This document shows positions 63,880 through 64,000 of a DNA stretch of 64,000 bases, in pieces. Source of the DNA: Acidimicrobiales bacterium (GTDB lineage Bacteria > Actinomycetota > Acidimicrobiia > Acidimicrobiales > RAAP-2). Every line of letters begins with the position of its first letter. The stretch's first letter is position 1. The translations under genes were made by a program, and so were the position numbers. The stretch is taken from assembly GCA_017883045.1 (NCBI GenBank), contig JADGOJ010000003.1, positions 98 to 64,097 of the forward strand, in the 5' to 3' direction. The notes beneath the pieces are model-generated. The model did not search any database, was not told the origin of the DNA, and saw nothing but the letters and a program-made list of their open reading frames with translations.

Positions 63880-64000
63880 TTACGGGACACGAAGCGCGGA
63901 GGGCGTGGCGATGCCCAGCGAGTGCAAGAGGCCGCCGCCCAGCGGCCCGGTGCCGTTGTTGAGGTGGTACATCAGGATCTGCAGTTCGATCGAGAAGTCC
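63880..64000 (-). CDS. rex: Redox-sensing repressor Rex, C-terminal 39 codons (partial, runs off the window)
   Basis: Minus-strand translation ...DFSIELQILMYHLNNGTGPLGGGLLHSLGIATPSALRVP* ends 24 nt upstream of hemA. The SIELQIL segment and the rex-hemA synteny are as in Streptomyces. Confidence 0.6.
   Translation of the reverse strand, partial: DFSIELQILMYHLNNGTGPLGGGLLHSLGIATPSALRVP

Noticed and set aside
1-64000. CRISPR arrays, rRNA/tRNA genes, transposases, integrases, prophage or toxin-antitoxin/defence islands
   Set aside because: I found no regularly spaced direct repeats, no recombinase or transposase-like ORFs and no canonical T-arm/acceptor sequences. The only phage-like signal is the Mu-F-like tail of the DivIVA protein, which sits in a non-prophage context.

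Overview
This is a very GC-rich chromosomal segment of actinobacterial type, judged from gene content, synteny, frequent GTG/TTG starts and many 1-4 nt stop/start overlaps. I can support about 58 protein-coding genes. I recognise no rRNA, tRNA, CRISPR array, transposase or integrase. Most of the window is core respiration and tetrapyrrole metabolism: ctaE-qcrC-qcrA-qcrB, a complete contiguous nuoA-N operon, two haem clusters (hemE-hemH-hemY on +; partial rex-hemA-hemC-hemD-hemB-hemL on -) and a hutG-hutH-hutU-hutI histidine-utilisation operon. A geranylgeranyl-reductase-family gene, an orphan FTR1/EfeU iron permease and a HelD-type helicase are also present. Four regions are less ordinary. (i) At 3-10 kb, the conserved UPF0182 / PDZ-Lon protease / DUF2342 neighbourhood is interrupted by a DivIVA protein with a phage Mu-F-like Cys/His tail, a HEAT-repeat protein and an orphan divergent MreB-like actin. 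It also holds an HtrA-like protein without an obvious catalytic Ser, and the DUF2342 protein itself appears to lack HExxH. (ii) At 11.9-13.2 kb there is an ~850-bp gap with no convincing ORF, containing nested inverted and direct repeats, followed by a WhiB2-like gene preceded by a perfect 22-bp palindrome. (iii) At 13.2-16.6 kb there is a translationally coupled ChlI-like AAA+ / VWA pair. (iv) At 33.5-38.4 kb there is a membrane-lipid cluster led by a 997-aa fusion of a ligand-less, TM-interrupted metallophosphoesterase-like fold to an MprF-type (DUF2156) domain. All family assignments come from reading motifs in the supplied translations. No database search was possible. The long opposite-strand ORFs in the track are treated as GC-driven antisense artefacts.
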